Part shown: in pieces, positions 1-33,681 of the stretch
Layout of the letters: every line of letters begins with the position of its first letter
Numbering within the stretch: the stretch's first letter is position 1
Assembly: GCA_964247055.1 (NCBI GenBank)
Contig: OZ176059.1
Location: forward strand, 2,542,001 to 2,606,000
Direction: 5' to 3'
Length of the DNA stretch: 64,000 nucleotides
Source of the DNA: Paragordius varius
Taxonomy: Eukaryota; Animalia; Nematomorpha
Translations under genes and position numbers: made by a program
Notes under the pieces: model-generated
The model's input: the letters and a program-made list of their open reading frames with translations, nothing else
Told to the model about the DNA's origin: nothing
Database searches by the model: none

Positions 1-211
1 ACAGTTAGTATATGAATAAAGCTTCCATAAAAAATAAAAAAACCTTTAAGAACATATTATAAATATTATTATATTGATAGTTTTTTAAGGGTAAATCACT
101 TTACTCACATAACAAATTTTGTTATACAATAAACAAATCAGGTTATTCATTTGCAATAAAAATTGTAATTAATTTGTTTGGTTATTGTGATGGACAAATA
201 ATAAAATTTAC

Positions 212-2767
212 TTTTCCAGATGATTTGACACCACGGATGAGGCATAAAAATATAATAACCCAAGCCAGAATTAGGCAACCCAATAATTCCAAGCGTATGG
301 TACCTAAATCTTCGATTCCTGGTGAAAGTTGTAGGACACGCTTTCTATCGTTATATTATAATGGGTGAATAAAAAAATTATTTAAACATTATTTGAAAAC
401 AATATTAAAGTTAAATATAATCCTCAATTTATATGAAAAATGTTTCCCAACTATAATGTATGAAAAGTATTTTTGTGTTTTACAAAAACATTAAATGTCT
501 AACAAAACCATTTTTTTGCAAAAGGTTGTTTAAAGAAAATATAACATTTTCATTTAAGTTTATAAATATTTTTACAGATTTTTTAACAATTGTTAATACT
601 AAATATATATACATCCAATACTCTTCACTGGCTGATATACCCCTATCCGAAGTTTGCGCCGCAACAGCTGTTAAATTGTTGACAAGACTCGTAGTTACGT
701 TCGCAACACTGCCATTTTGAAACATAGTAGAGGGCGTATAATTGGTAGTCATGACCATATGTTTAGCACTGTTTCGAACAATGCACAAAGGAGAATTCCA
801 TTCATTGGAACAGCTGCTCCAGGGCAAGACTCGATTCCACGAGGAAAACAGGTAAAAAAAGTTCCAAGCCATAATAATGTTGTAGTAAATGCATACTATG
901 GCTGATATAATGACCATACCATAACCCAAACCTATATGTGTAAAAGTATAAGAAAGTAATGTAAAATGTATTTTATAAAATCATAAAAACATATAAACCG
1001 AAAAAGCACTTATTTTACTATCTCAGTATTTACAAAAAAAATGAATATTCACACAAATTATAACATGTAAAAATTGCAAACTTTTAAATATACCAAATTC
1101 AGTAGTTTTTTAATATTAACAATTTAAATATGGGTTAATAGTTACCCCAATTCGCGAATGAAAGTGTCAATATATAATACAAACCCTTTCACAAGATTTT
1201 TAAAATTCAACATTTGTTAAAAAATTATTCCTTCTCAGAAAACTCAAAATAAAAATTTAAATTCAACCCACCTTTAAAAAGGGGCGAGATCCTCCATATA
1301 GTTATTGGGCTAAGGTTAGCAAATTGTCCAAATGAAAATTCCAAAAAAACCAGGGGCATCCCACAAAACAGCATGAAAAACATGTATGGGATAAGGAAAG
1401 CGCCTATATATATAAATACATAGAATTAATATTTACATGATATAAGTATAGTTAGTTAATAACTATCATTATACTATAATTCGCCAAATATAATCAAGTA
1501 AAGTCTAGATAATTGCATATATATAAAACCTAAAACAATCCTTTTCATGCATTTTTAATATCAATATATCTTAATAATAGCTTATAATTTTTACAGATTT
1601 AGATTTAAAAAAAATTAATATCTGAGCCAATACCCAAAAATTTTTGTATGAAAAGGACGGTGGGTTATTTTTACTTAGTTATTCATTAGCCTAATGTAAG
1701 GATGTTAAATAAATTCACTAAACACCTTGGTGTAAAGCAAAAGAATTTATTTTTTTAACTATGCCATGATATAAAATTCCTTACCAAAAAAACCATGCTT
1801 ATTTATTTTACAATTAACCAAAAAAAATTAAGTTAAAACGAATCTAAAAGGGAAAGAGCCGAAATTGTTGATATTTTTAAAACCGCTCAAAAAAACAGAA
1901 CGGTGGTTTCAAAGAATTTAATTTTTCAAAAACTACCGCAGTTTTTTAAAATTGTTCATTTACAATAAATAAAATAATTAGGCATTTGTAAGGTAAAAAA
2001 ATTAAATCAAATTAAAATTCTTTGCGAACAAACAATGGCACCACATGTTTTTTTGGAAATATAAAAATATGCCTAAGCCAACCCGAAACTAATCGATTCA
2101 GAACCTTTAATTCCATATATGTGTAAAATTCAGGTTAAAATTCCTAAAATTTTGCAAGTTAAAGGGCTGATTCAACACAAACACTAAAATAGACTCAATA
2201 TATGTAATTTATCAATTTTATACCTCCTCCATTGGTGTAACAAATGTATGGGAAACGCCAAATATTTCCCAGGCCAATGGCAAACCCAACGCATGAAAGT
2301 ATAAAATCAAGTTTGCCCGTCCAAGTGTCACGTACCGTTGTCGTACTCATACTTCCGGTCCGGGCCGCCGTTTGACTTTTATTATTATGTTTAAATGAGG
2401 GTGGTGACGATAATTGTCCACTATCGCCCAACTTTTTATTGTCGTTCTTTGGTAAATTTGGTGTTGCTATTATAGTATTAGTTGTAATAGGTTGTTTAGA
2501 ACAAGTATTAATCTGGCTTTTAACATTGGTGCCATTTGAATTATCAACATTATCGGTCAATACGCTATCATTATTTCGGCTATTGACAATTTTGGTAGTA
2601 TAGTTTGTTAAATCATTAATCCCAATTTCAAGGTTATCCGCTGTTGTTGTGTCAATGTCTTGTAGAATATCCTTTTTATTATTTGTTTTATTAATGTCAT
2701 CAATTATGGATGAGGGACGGTCATTGTCTAAGGGTAATGCACTGGTACTACTTAATGAATCTGACAT
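212..2767 (-). CDS. SLC6 sodium/chloride-dependent neurotransmitter/amino-acid transporter (glycine/proline-transporter-like), 5' part; continues beyond the left window edge
   Basis: Exons 2767-2224, 1403-1272, 931-613 and 344-212 have GT-AG boundaries and consistent phases (1,1,2,0). The translation has the SLC6 hallmarks [89 protein letters not shown] and [24 protein letters not shown]. Exons 2 and 4 are not in the ORF track. Confidence 0.93.
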
Positions 2768-4743
2768 ACGTGCTAATAAATTTTATATAGTATTAATAAA
2801 TAGAAAGTAAATATTTGTAATGACAAAAAAAATTAAATGTCGATTGTAAGGTGTGGTGGCCCGGTTTCATAATGACACCACATTTTCTGGGAAATATACG
2901 CGTAGCTTATTATCCGAACCATGACGCTTCTTTTCAAGAAATAAAGAAAATCTTTGTACCTTAAAATTTCGTTAATATCTTGACAAATAATATTAGTATT
3001 TAAGGTGTATGTATATGGATAAGTACCCTATGAATATGATAGATTTTTATTATTTTGGGCAGACGATTTAATGGTTGTATCTTAAAAACTATTTTTGAAA
3101 AATCAAAACTTGCAGAGTTTGAGAATCAGAAGGAGCTAATTAGTTTACGCTTTTATTAGATATTATAAGTATACGGAAGCTACGGTAGATACAAATTTAA
3201 TTGTAAATATCTATTATTGAAAAAATTGGGTCACCTAAATTGTATTACTACTATATATTATATAACAACACCTGTCTACTTTTTGTAGAAGACTTGGTGT
3301 TAATTATATATAATAGGCTTAGTCAGATATATAATAGAGATTTTACTTAAATTTTTCACAATATTTAACAGGATTTTCTAAAGTAAAAACATTGTACACA
3401 TAATTAATATTAAAATTAATAAGCCAGACTTGATATAAGACTTAGAATACTTAAATCTTTAAATAAAATAATTAAACGACTGTAATTTTAAATTTGTAGG
3501 TTAATATTAGGATACTATGGCATTTTAATATGTATATATTACTTGTGATATGGAATTATATATATTTTCTGATATGATATGAATGCGTTTTGATTTAAAA
3601 ACAAGATAATTAAAAATTTCGCGAAATGATTTGTTTAAAAACAGGAAATGAATGTAACAAAAACAGTGTGTTTGGTCCAAATTTTTGAAATATGATTAAT
3701 AAGAAAAATGTTTTCTGCCTATATTTATATAATTTTCATTAATGCCAAAGGCATTTTAGATTAAAAATTGATAAATTACACATCCTCCACGTTAATATTT
3801 TAAAAATAATAATCCAGTATAAGTAAGAACAAATTTATATGGTATAATGTGTGTGTTATTATTATGGTCGATATTATATATGTAAGTTATATATTATATG
3901 TTGTGTATATAGTTTTTTATAAAAATAAATATATAATAAAATCGATATATTAACTCGTATATTTTATTCATATTATTTGGCCTGTTATATGTTAAAACAA
4001 TAATTAAAACAATAAATGTTAAATTATATCCAATATACCACATTATTTTTCTGCTGGTCAAGACATTACTCATTTGAATTTGTTATTAATAATTAATTTT
4101 ATTCTGTTGAGTAAATCGTTCAAAAAATATCGATGTATGAAATGGAAACACAAATTTTAAAAAATTGTAATGTTTTTTATAAAAATATTTGTATATTTTT
4201 TTAAATTATCATACATCCTAACTTTAAATATATACTAAAAAAATCATATATTCTGACAAATAAATGTATCAGGATTCTCTCAGTAAATTTGATTTGTTAA
4301 AGCTTTATGAGTCAGTTAAAAAAATATTTACACTTTTTTGTTTATTGCTGCATATGAATAAATGCACATACCGTTAATGTCCTGAGGCGTGTAAAAGGGT
4401 AGGATAGCGGTAAGGGTCGCTCTGTGTGGACATTAGCATGTCACCGTTTCTGGAGACCTAGATAAAATAAATTTGGGTTAAGGTCGAATGCTTACTCCCA
4501 AAATTTATTTTAAAAAAATTTATAATAACCTGCATTGGCTGCGTTTAAAAAATATGTGATATCAATTTTGTTGATAGATTTACAGTTTTGAATCATAATG
4601 AAAGGTTATATAAACCTTTAAATTATGATAACCTTTTTTAATAATAATGGATTATTCTGAAGATATCATATTAATTTAAATTTAAAAAATTGTTTGTGCT
4701 GCTGAGGAAGTTCTTACGACTTGAACCTAAATTTTATTTTTAA

Positions 4744-5283
4744 CACTTCGATTCAAATTGGGGTATCCAAATACCCCAGATTTTATTTAAGTTAATATTT
4801 CAAAAAAACTACTGAAATCGGTCCCAATTCAAATTTGTGCTTCTATTCTAATAAAAATTATATAAATAGGCCTAAATATCTAAATAAAATTTAGTTTTCG
4901 AAAAAAAAGTTCCATGTGGACGCCATTTTTACTATACAGCATTTTTGTAACATATCGTGTTTATTTAATTTTAAAGGTAAAATTATATCTAATTTTTTAT
5001 TTAAATCACATCTAACATAGATAGAAACAGAAATTGTTTATTGTATTATTTTTAAATATAACTAATAGACACATGTCTTTTTGACAAAATTTTTACCTCT
5101 GGGTTTTACCTTAAAATAAGTAATACCAAGTATTTTTGTATAAATTTTTTTTACATTTCGGTTAATTTGTGTTATATAAGTACAAACTTTTGCTTTGTCA
5201 ATTCCTTCCGTATATTTTTTGATGGGGTATCCAACTCCCACAATTTAAATCAAAGGACGAAATAAATGTGTTGTATCTTAGTG
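4744..5283. mobile_element. Non-autonomous DNA element with TTAA flank (piggyBac-like MITE), copy 1
   Basis: TTAA followed by CACTTCGATTCAAATTGGGGTAT on the left; a degenerate inverted end (...GGACGAAATAAATGTGTTGTATCTTAGTG) on the right. The interior is similar to 7965-8532 in the opposite orientation. Confidence 0.55.
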
Positions 5284-7706
5284 TCAATAAAGCTTGGCCT
5301 TATTAAAAAATAATATCCCTTATTTAGTGATTTTTCGATATGAATTTCCACAAATGGGCTGATAAATTTCTTACATGCCTTAAAAGTAGATTATAAACTT
5401 TTGCATTCTCGGGTTCGTAGCATTACATAGAAATACACTCGCCTATTCCAACAGGTAAAATCGGAGCTAAAAAAATAATTTGATCATCATTACATTACTA
5501 GACAGTTAATTTAATAAATATCCCGAATAATATATCCATTTTGGGGGAAGGATTGATAATTGATTTGGGGCTTATGAGACATTTGTGAACTTTGTAATAA
5601 CTTTTATTTAATTAGCATTATTATAAATAAACTAAATGATTGAAGCTAAGTGATTTAATCAAAATTCTTTTGTTTCCATGTATCATAAACTTATTCAAGC
5701 CAAAAAAGCTTGAATATTATAGTTATGTTTGAGCTATAAAAGTTAACCATTTTTGATACTTGTTAGGGTTGGCTAGGGTATTTAAAATAAAAAAAGCCGG
5801 GATGGAATTTTTAATGTGTGTCATATTATTACATCAATTCATTTTTTATAATAAAAAGCTACTTACTTTAAAAATCAGCATTTATCAAAATTTGACCGAA
5901 ACCTCTATAAAATAAAATTGAAAATATTATAATACATATTACATATTTCGGTGTCGGTACGATATATATTACGTTATAAGAAAGGCTTGTTTGCTACCTA
6001 AATAAAGATAAATTTTTAAGAAAAATTTCTAAAAGCAAGGCCTCCATCTTTACTAGCGCTTTAAAATCACGTTTAAACCAAAAAAATCCATCAATCGTCA
6101 GTCGGAAAATATAAAAAATCGTCCTTATCAGGTAATATTATTTTTAAAAATACCGTTTTCGTCACTATAGTAACTATAACATTTAAATGTATATGTGTTT
6201 TTGATTCATTGTGTTGGTATTGCTTCTATCAAAAATATTTTTATTTTTTTGGTGTTTAACTACAATATTGATACTTAACCTTATTAAATTATGTAATTTG
6301 TAACTAAAAATTTTATATTTACGTATATAAACTGTTGTGTAGCGAAAAGCTCAAGATCTTAAAATAATCGGAAAATTGATTAATTTTACCCTTGGCAATT
6401 TACTTTGTAAATTACAGCAAAATGAAGTTTTATGTTTTATACAAAAATTATGTTATTTTCTTATTCTATTGTTAAAAATATTTATAACGTATATATTAAA
6501 ACATAATTAATTATAAATAAAATGAAATGCCTTAAGCCTTTCTTTTAACCAGTAATAAACGTTTTATGGGAGACGATTAACTAAATTTTTTACTCTAATT
6601 TATTCAAAAAAACAAGCTCCCACTTCCCTTGGGCTATAACAAGAATATGCAATATACCGATAAAGTGATGATACACCTCATTACCTTTTAGGGTATTTTA
6701 CATCCCATTCAAAAGCTATTTCTAAATTTAATTATCTTAAAAAGTATTCAAGGTATTAGGCCAAATTTAAAAAATATGCTTTGTTTAGCTTTTTAAGGGA
6801 AGCCTCAATTTTTTAAACAAAATGTTAAAAAATCTTCATTTCAAACTTTGCCACTATTTTTCATGTTTAATTTTTTTTTAATTATTAGCCAATATTATAA
6901 CAGGGAAATTAATGTATATTATGATCAATACGGACTACATTTTACTGACAAACATTTGATATTTTTTGACTTTAAATCAGCTGTTTATGTCAATTGCGTT
7001 TTGGACCTGTCACGCTTTTATACAAAAAAACTGTAAAAATATAAGCTTTCGTTCTATTTATGACAGAAGAACAATGTTTAATATTTAAATTTTGTCTAAA
7101 AAACAATCTAATAGTTTAACTCTGGGTTGTAAAACTAGTCCAAAATGTCATCGCGCACAAAAAATAAAACATTAATATAAAGTAATTATATTTAATAGCC
7201 TGAAATTTTATATTAATTACTTTAAATTTATGACTGATCATCAAAATCCAAAAATATTAATTCCGTTTCTAAACAATTTTGCAAAAATTAGCTTTCTATT
7301 CCATTTATTTCTCACATACATTTATTTTTGTTTCATATTTAAATTATGGAATATTCTATTACTATGAGATAGGGTGGATAAAATGTGACAAAAAATTAGG
7401 CAAATAAATTATAAAAAATTTTATGCTGCTTTTATAGAAAAAAAGCATTAAAATAATGCCTTATATCCAAATTTTTAAAGAAAATAAATTCAAAAAGAAA
7501 CATTTTTGAAACCGTTAAAAACCGCGATTCCATTTAGTGCTTAGGGTTTAAAAAAAATATTTTGCTTTTAAAACAATTTTAAAATAAGCTACTGATTTTA
7601 TTTCGATCCCTTATAAACATCTTTTAATTTAGATGTGTAAAAATGGTTGAATTAGATTTTTGATATATTAAATCACGAGTTACCCAGTAAAAAATGAAAA
7701 ATTGTA

Positions 7707-7925
7707 CGGACAAAATGTAAAAATAAAAAGACAATTTTTTTTAAACGACAACCGTATTTTTTTTAAACCATATTTATCCTATAAAAATTATTTAATTACG
7801 ATCGAAAATTGATTGGGTTACCATTTCACATCTTCATTTTATATTGTGTGTTCAAAAAAATGAGTAATAAAAAAATTTTAAAAAGTATGGTTTTCTTTGA
7901 TATAAACATTTGTCTTTATATTTTT
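7707..7925. mobile_element. MITE family D (TA-CGGACAAAA terminus), partial copy
   Basis: The left end TACGGACAAAATGTAAAAATAAAAAGACAA matches the copies at 45207 and 46334; the right end is truncated. Confidence 0.5.
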
Positions 7926-7964
7926 ATATTTCAATTTTTACTGTAAAAGAGTTCGGTCCTTTAA

Positions 7965-8532
7965 CACTACGATACAACACATTCATTTTGGTCCTTCGAT
8001 TCAAATTGGGGTAGTTAAATACCCCAGGCGTGTTTAAAATTAAATTTTTAAAAAATATGGAATAAATCAAAACTATCGCAAAATTTTGCACTTATATAAC
8101 ATTAATAAACCGAAATATTTTAAAAATTTTATTCAAAAATACTTGATATTACTTATTTTAAGCTAAAACCGAAAGGTAAAAATTTAGTCAATGTGGCATG
8201 TGTGCAATGATAAAATTGAAAAATAATACATAATAAACCACTTTTTTATTTCTATCAATGTTAAATGCAATAAAAAATTCTTGAATTTACCCTTAAAATT
8301 AAATGAAGACGATATTTTGCAAAAATTTTGTAAAATAAAAATGGCGTCGAAGTAGTTTGACATGGAACTTTTTTTTCAAAACAATTTATTTATATATTTT
8401 GGCATATTTATATAATTTTTATTAGGATAGAAGCATAAATTTAAATTGAGACCGTTTCCTTCAGTTGTTTGTAAAAAATCCTAACTCAAATTTAGTCTGG
8501 GGTATTTAGATACCCCAACTTGAATTGAATTG
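7965..8532. mobile_element. Non-autonomous DNA element with TTAA target sites (piggyBac-like MITE), copy 2
   Basis: TTAA at 7961-7964 and 8533-8536; inverted subterminal motifs GATTCAAATTGGGGTA / TACCCCAACTTGAATT. Confidence 0.6.
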
Positions 8533-8959
8533 TTAAATATGCACCATATATATATAATACTATCCAGTCAAAAAACGGTTTCATACTCATTAAAACTCTT
8601 ATAAATTAGATTGTTACGTTGCTTTGATTATTCAAAATTATTTGATGGCAAACAACAAATAATATAATTTTAATAATCATATATTTAGCCAAATGGAATT
8701 ATGATTAGATATTAATTTTTAAGTATGGTATATGTTACTTATAGTTTGTTATAGTTTAGATCAGGAGTGTCCATAATACCATCCACCATCCGGGATATTA
8801 TGTGTGCCTGGTAAAAAATTTGTAAAATCACAATTTGAAAACAAATTCTGAAAATATCCTAACAAATGGTAGTAAATTGATATTACTTGACAAACGTTCT
8901 CAATAAGCATTTTTAATTGGCAAGGAACTAACAAAAATTGGTGAATAATATAGAATATA

Positions 8960-9755
8960 CAGGGCTTGGAACCGGTTTAAAAAAAGTGGAACCGGGTCCG
9001 GGTCGGTTCCTGAACAAGTGGAAGCGGAACCGCGTTGGTTCTTAATAATTTCAAAACACGAACCGGGCGGGTACTGAAATTTTGGAACTGGAACCGGGGT
9101 GGTTCCTTAAAAATTTATCGGTTCCGGAACCGGTTAGGACCGGTTCCGTTTTCGGTTCCTGGCTTTTAATTAATTCATTTACAAAATTATTATTATAATA
9201 ATACAACCAAAATTAAATCAAACAATTTATTATGAATTGCCAAATGTATAGTGAAAGGTAGCATAATAAATGAAACAAATTATAAAAATATAATAGGAAA
9301 ATCTATAAGTGGTATAAAATGAGAGTTAAATTAAGTGTGGCATCTAAAAAAACTTTATTTAACTAAAAAATTATTGCTCCTAGCAATTCGCTGGTCAAAC
9401 CTGCTTCTCAAGTCTGAAAATAGAAAATTAAGGGTGAAAAATTCCTTTCAACGGCAACCTAAACATGAGTTATGACTTAGTTTTTTTAGAAGAGCCGAAT
9501 CGTCCATAATTCAGAGAGTAGGTGTTGTAACGTGTAGTGGTACAATCAAATTTAAAAAAAATTCTTTTATAATAAAAATCATATGGGAACCAGTAATTAA
9601 GGGGGTGGAACCGGAACCGGTTGATTCCTAAAAATTTATAGAACCGGGGTGGTTCCTGAAATTTTGGAATCGGTACCGGGGTGGTTCTCGGAGAAATCCC
9701 AATAGAACAGGTTCTTATTAAAATCCCAGGAACCGGGTTCCGGTTCCAAGCCCTG
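8960..9755 (-). mobile_element. Internally deleted hAT transposon with a remnant of the transposase dimerisation domain
   Basis: Perfect 14-bp TIR CAGGGCTTGGAACC / GGTTCCAAGCCCTG and many subterminal GGAACCGG motifs. The minus strand near 9380-9470 reads VAVERNFS..(frameshift)..FSDLRSRF, like the hAT C-terminal motif ERxFS...SDLRSRL. No clean 8-bp TSD. Confidence 0.75.
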
Positions 9756-9989
9756 TAGAAAAGTTATTTATTTCGTATTTTTCTATACAATGCTAGCGTA
9801 AATCTCGTGCTACTACGCAGCCCGAGGAAGTCATTTAGACTTCTGGGGGGGGGAGGGGGCTATTTAAAAAAAGTGGTTAATAAAATGATCCATATATGTG
9901 GATTATTTCGAAACATTATTTAATAGCTATGATCTCATAGGATTTTTAAAACGGTGCATTCTAACTAATATATTGTTTACGGGTGCAAA

Positions 9990-11000
9990 GGCCCCAAATT
10001 GACGGCTAACGGAAAAAACCGCTATCCTATAATTTTTACCTTTTTATGGGTAAAGTTTAAACCAAAGCCATGCCATTTTTGTATGGCGTCTCAGTTTTAA
10101 ACCGGTAGACATCTGCCCATAGGCCTTTATGGAAAAAGCGCTAAGTTAAATTTTTTGCCTTTATAGGGAAAATATTTGGAATCATCTTTTTTGCCTTTAT
10201 AGGGAAAATATTTGGAATCATCTCTGAGACCATCGTTTCATGGGTTATTCGATAAAATACCTCAACGCTAAACAATCGCTATATGATGGCGTAATTTTAG
10301 GGCACAAAGGCTTCAAATTAACGGCTAATAAAAAAAGGCCTTACCTTAATTTTCATCTAGTTACGGGTAATATTTCGAACTTTAAATGAGCTCATATGGC
10401 ATAAGTTTTCTTTAAATTAGATCCAAAACAACGCGATTTCCATATAGTTGCACAGTTTTTGGCGGGTAGCTTCTTTGGTCAAAATTTTTGTCTTTATATG
10501 GAGAAATCTGGAATTAAAATGTCCATATGTTCCTATGAGTTCTTGGAAATATTGCTTCAAAAATAAAAAATTGTTCTATGGCGGCGAATTTCAGGGCGTA
10601 AAATTTTTCTTAGCGACTCATTAAAATAACCTCCTATACTATTTGTTTTTTAAGGGGTAATAAATATTTTAGGCCCTTATTGAACTCATATAGTCTCATA
10701 AGTTATCGGAAATTTGGCTCCAAAGGCATGCTGTATCGATATAGTGACGCATTTTTACGCGGGTAGCCTTTACACAGAGTCTGTTTAACCGCTAATTTAA
10801 ATAATCCACTCATTTTTGACTTTTTACGGGTAATATTTTAAGCATATATTGAATTCATATGGCCTGATAGGTTTTCTGAAATTTAGTCCCAAAAGCAGGC
10901 GATTTCGATATGATGGGTCAGTTTTTAGCGGGTATCTTTTTACCCAACAGCTAACACCAAAAAAACGCTTGGTAAAATTGCCTTTTAACAGGAAATACCT
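9990..11000. repeat. Degenerate tandem array (units of about 170-310 bp) including a perfect 36-bp tandem duplication at 10151-10222
   Basis: Recurrent motifs ACGGGTAATATTT, CTCATATGG, GCGATTTCGATAT and TTTTAGCGGGTA. The 36-bp unit TTTTTTGCCTTTATAGGGAAAATATTTGGAATCATC occurs twice, head to tail. Confidence 0.45.
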
Positions 11001-12378
11001 AGAATCTTAATTAAATTTTTACGGTCTCCTACTTTGGGCGAAAAATAGAATCAAAAAATTGAAAAAAGTGGCATTTTACGGGGGGAGCGGGTACAAAGAA
11101 GGCCTAAATTAAAAAAACGAGCCGACTATGTTCGGCGCAATCGAAAATAAGTAAAAAAAACATATTTGAAATCGAATGGTCCAACACGTCGGGAAAATTG
11201 ACTTAAAGACACGATTTTTGTGGACTTCTGTTTTTTTAAAAAACCCGTTTCTTACAACAGGGTGGGCCCGTACTGGGGCCTGATTCAAAAAAAGGGCGAA
11301 GCTATTGTCGGGGCATTCATTAATGATTATATTTTTTCGATATGGATTTGGGTCTACCAGTTTTCCGGAAACAGATTACAAAGCCACCACTTTTCATTTT
11401 TATAAATATATAGATATCCATTGTACAATATTTTTTCCCATCAAAATGGAACGACCATCACAAATTTTTAAATTATTATGTTTAAAAAAATTGATCATAT
11501 GAAATCATTTTTTCTCGTATCCAATTGAATATAATTTACCATGCTCACAATTTTTTTGAATATCTTACATTTGACACTTAAAGACCACAGTAATTATTTA
11601 CGTAGGTATTTTTATCTATGGACATAGAACATAAACTTGATTTAATTAATAAATCTGATAAGAAACCATAAACTTATGACTGATATAAATGCGTTAATTA
11701 TATACTATGATAACTTGGTGGGAAAAATGGCACACCCATTGAACGTAAATAATTCATATTTAACCTCATGTTAACTATTTGTATATTTTTTTGTGCCAAA
11801 AATGATCCAAGTTATCCCCGTATAATTAAGACGCTTTTAATAAATCCTAATGAATTTATTAAAATATTTTTGGTGAAAATGGATATTTTAAGAAATGTGT
11901 CTAAAACCTTTGTTTTTGTGAAAAAAATCACTAATTTTAGATATAAGCTCGTTTAACATTATCCCTGAAAAAGACAAATCAAAACGAGGCTATATATAAA
12001 AAATCGAATCATAAATCCAACAAAGCAAGTCTGATTGCTAAATTTGATAAAAACTAAAAAAAATATATTCAATACAACAACCATACATATTTAAAATGTT
12101 AATTATGCATACACAACACATTTATTAATTGTATTTATATATATAAAAGTGCAACAAGAAATTTTTTTTAATCCCGCATTAGATAAAAACAAAATTATAC
12201 TATAATTAACGCCGAGGTAAATTTTTTGGGAAAAAAACAATATTTTTACGAGAAAAAAAATGGTTTTAATATAAATTCGAGTATAGCTAATATATATATT
12301 GTAACAATCAATCAAAAGAGACAAGCTAATTAACCAAAATATTACATAAATTATTAAAATAAATTTTTAATCATTATG

Positions 12379-13540
12379 TTATGAATATATATCAACATCA
12401 GCAGGGATAGGTTTAGATATGGTGGTCAAAATCTCGAGTGGTGGATTGGTTTGTCTTGGTATAATATGCGTCCAAAATACATCAAGTTTCCAGCACTAAA
12501 AATGTTAATTTATAGTATAGTAAAATATGCGGGTTTATAGATTACATTTTGTTAATTAATTTATATGGGATATAAATATATCATTATATATATATATATT
12601 TAAATTTCATAAAAATCAATATACTCTGTCAACTGTTACCAGTCGACATATAACGTTACACAAATTATTTTGAAAATAATGACATAAAAAAGTAGTTTGA
12701 TTTCGGGTTTATCCATAAAATTATCTTTTTTATATTTCGGTGCATCAATGTTATATAAGTGCAGACTTTTGCAGTTTCAATATGTTTCATATTTCAGAGA
12801 TATTTGAGAACAAGCCGGGAATCCCCAAAGACTCTAATTTGAATCGGAGGATTGAAATGGATGTGTTGTATCCAAGTGTTAAAATAAAAATATAAAACCA
12901 ATATGTTAAGCTTAGTTAAAACGCAAATATATTTAAACAATATCAATAAAATTTAAGATTTTTATGAAGTTAATTAATAAAAATGATTAAAAACGACAAA
13001 TTAATGCTTTGCGAAAAAATAAACACCGAAAAAGACATTACAGGAACAACGTTGAAGGAGATGGCAAAATTTTAAAAGTACACTAGTTTGTCGAATTTTG
13101 TAAAATGATTTCTTTATATAAAGACAAATTCACAAAACATATAATATGGTATATAAAACTTAAATTAAACGATTACATAATAACAAGTGATCCCAAACAA
13201 AATTGTAGCACCAGCCAATTGCATATTCCATCTTCGGTTCATGGCGGCCACGGATTCGGCAAAAGGTAAATGCGGTATTTCAAGATCATCCATGGAGTAA
13301 CTCGGAATTTTTATGTGAAAATGTGGACGATCCCCATGATTATCGTGTGATAAACGATATTGACATGTTTGTAACGGTTTCAGATCTTTATATATTAAAA
13401 AATGGTATACTTAATCCATTCATACGTACCAAATTTAGGCTGTGTTTCGATGAATTAAATATGTTGTTGCACTGTGGAAGTAATGATAATCTAAAGGAAA
13501 CATTTTAAAATAGTATTAACCTCGTCCGTAGAAACGACAT
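12379..13540 (-). CDS. Small mitochondrial protein, NDUFB1 / Deltameth_res (prag01)-like complex I accessory subunit
   Basis: Internal exon 13385-13177 (LKPLQTCQYRLSHDNHGDRPHFHIKIPSYSMDDLEIPHLPFAESVAAMNRRWNMQLAGATILFGITCYY) joins in phase to terminal exon 12495-12379 (CWKLDVFWTHIIPRQTNPP...DIYS*). The MDDLxxP...WNMQL + single transmembrane pattern resembles the invertebrate Deltameth_res family. The 5' exon structure is uncertain (candidate ATG at 13540). Not in the ORF track. Confidence 0.7.
12620..12882. mobile_element. Partial third copy of the TTAA-flanked MITE
   Basis: The right end AATTTGAATCGGAGGATTGAAATGGATGTGTTGTATCCAAGTG-TTAA matches the reverse complement of the 7965 left end. The left boundary is approximate. 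Confidence 0.4.
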
Positions 13541-13637
13541 GTTTCCAATAATATGCGCAATTGAATGTATGAAGATATAACCCCTTTTTATTTTCTATTT
13601 TATAAATTTCCACATGTTTAGTATTATTTGATTTGAT
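13541..13637. promoter_or_regulatory. Candidate bidirectional promoter / shared 5' region between the NDUFB1-like gene and ABCC10
   Basis: Only 97 bp separates the two divergent candidate ATGs. It contains a TGCGCA palindrome (13554-13559) and a pyrimidine-rich tract ending in TTTAG at 13621. Confidence 0.4.
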
Positions 13638-33555
<19,918 letters not shown>

Positions 33556-33681
33556 AATTATGAATTTAAGTATACAATTGCTAGTTATCAATACTTTAAT
33601 TATAATTGAATGATACCAGAAAGGGAAATAGTATTGGCTTAATGTTATAGATTTTTCGCTTTTTACTTCTATTAGTCAATA

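Noticed and set aside
2800-12300. Possible extra genes, tRNAs or rRNAs between SLC6 and the NDUFB1-like gene
   Set aside because: Only repeats and short ORFs without motifs were seen; no cloverleaf or rRNA-like sequence recognised. Small exons could have been missed.
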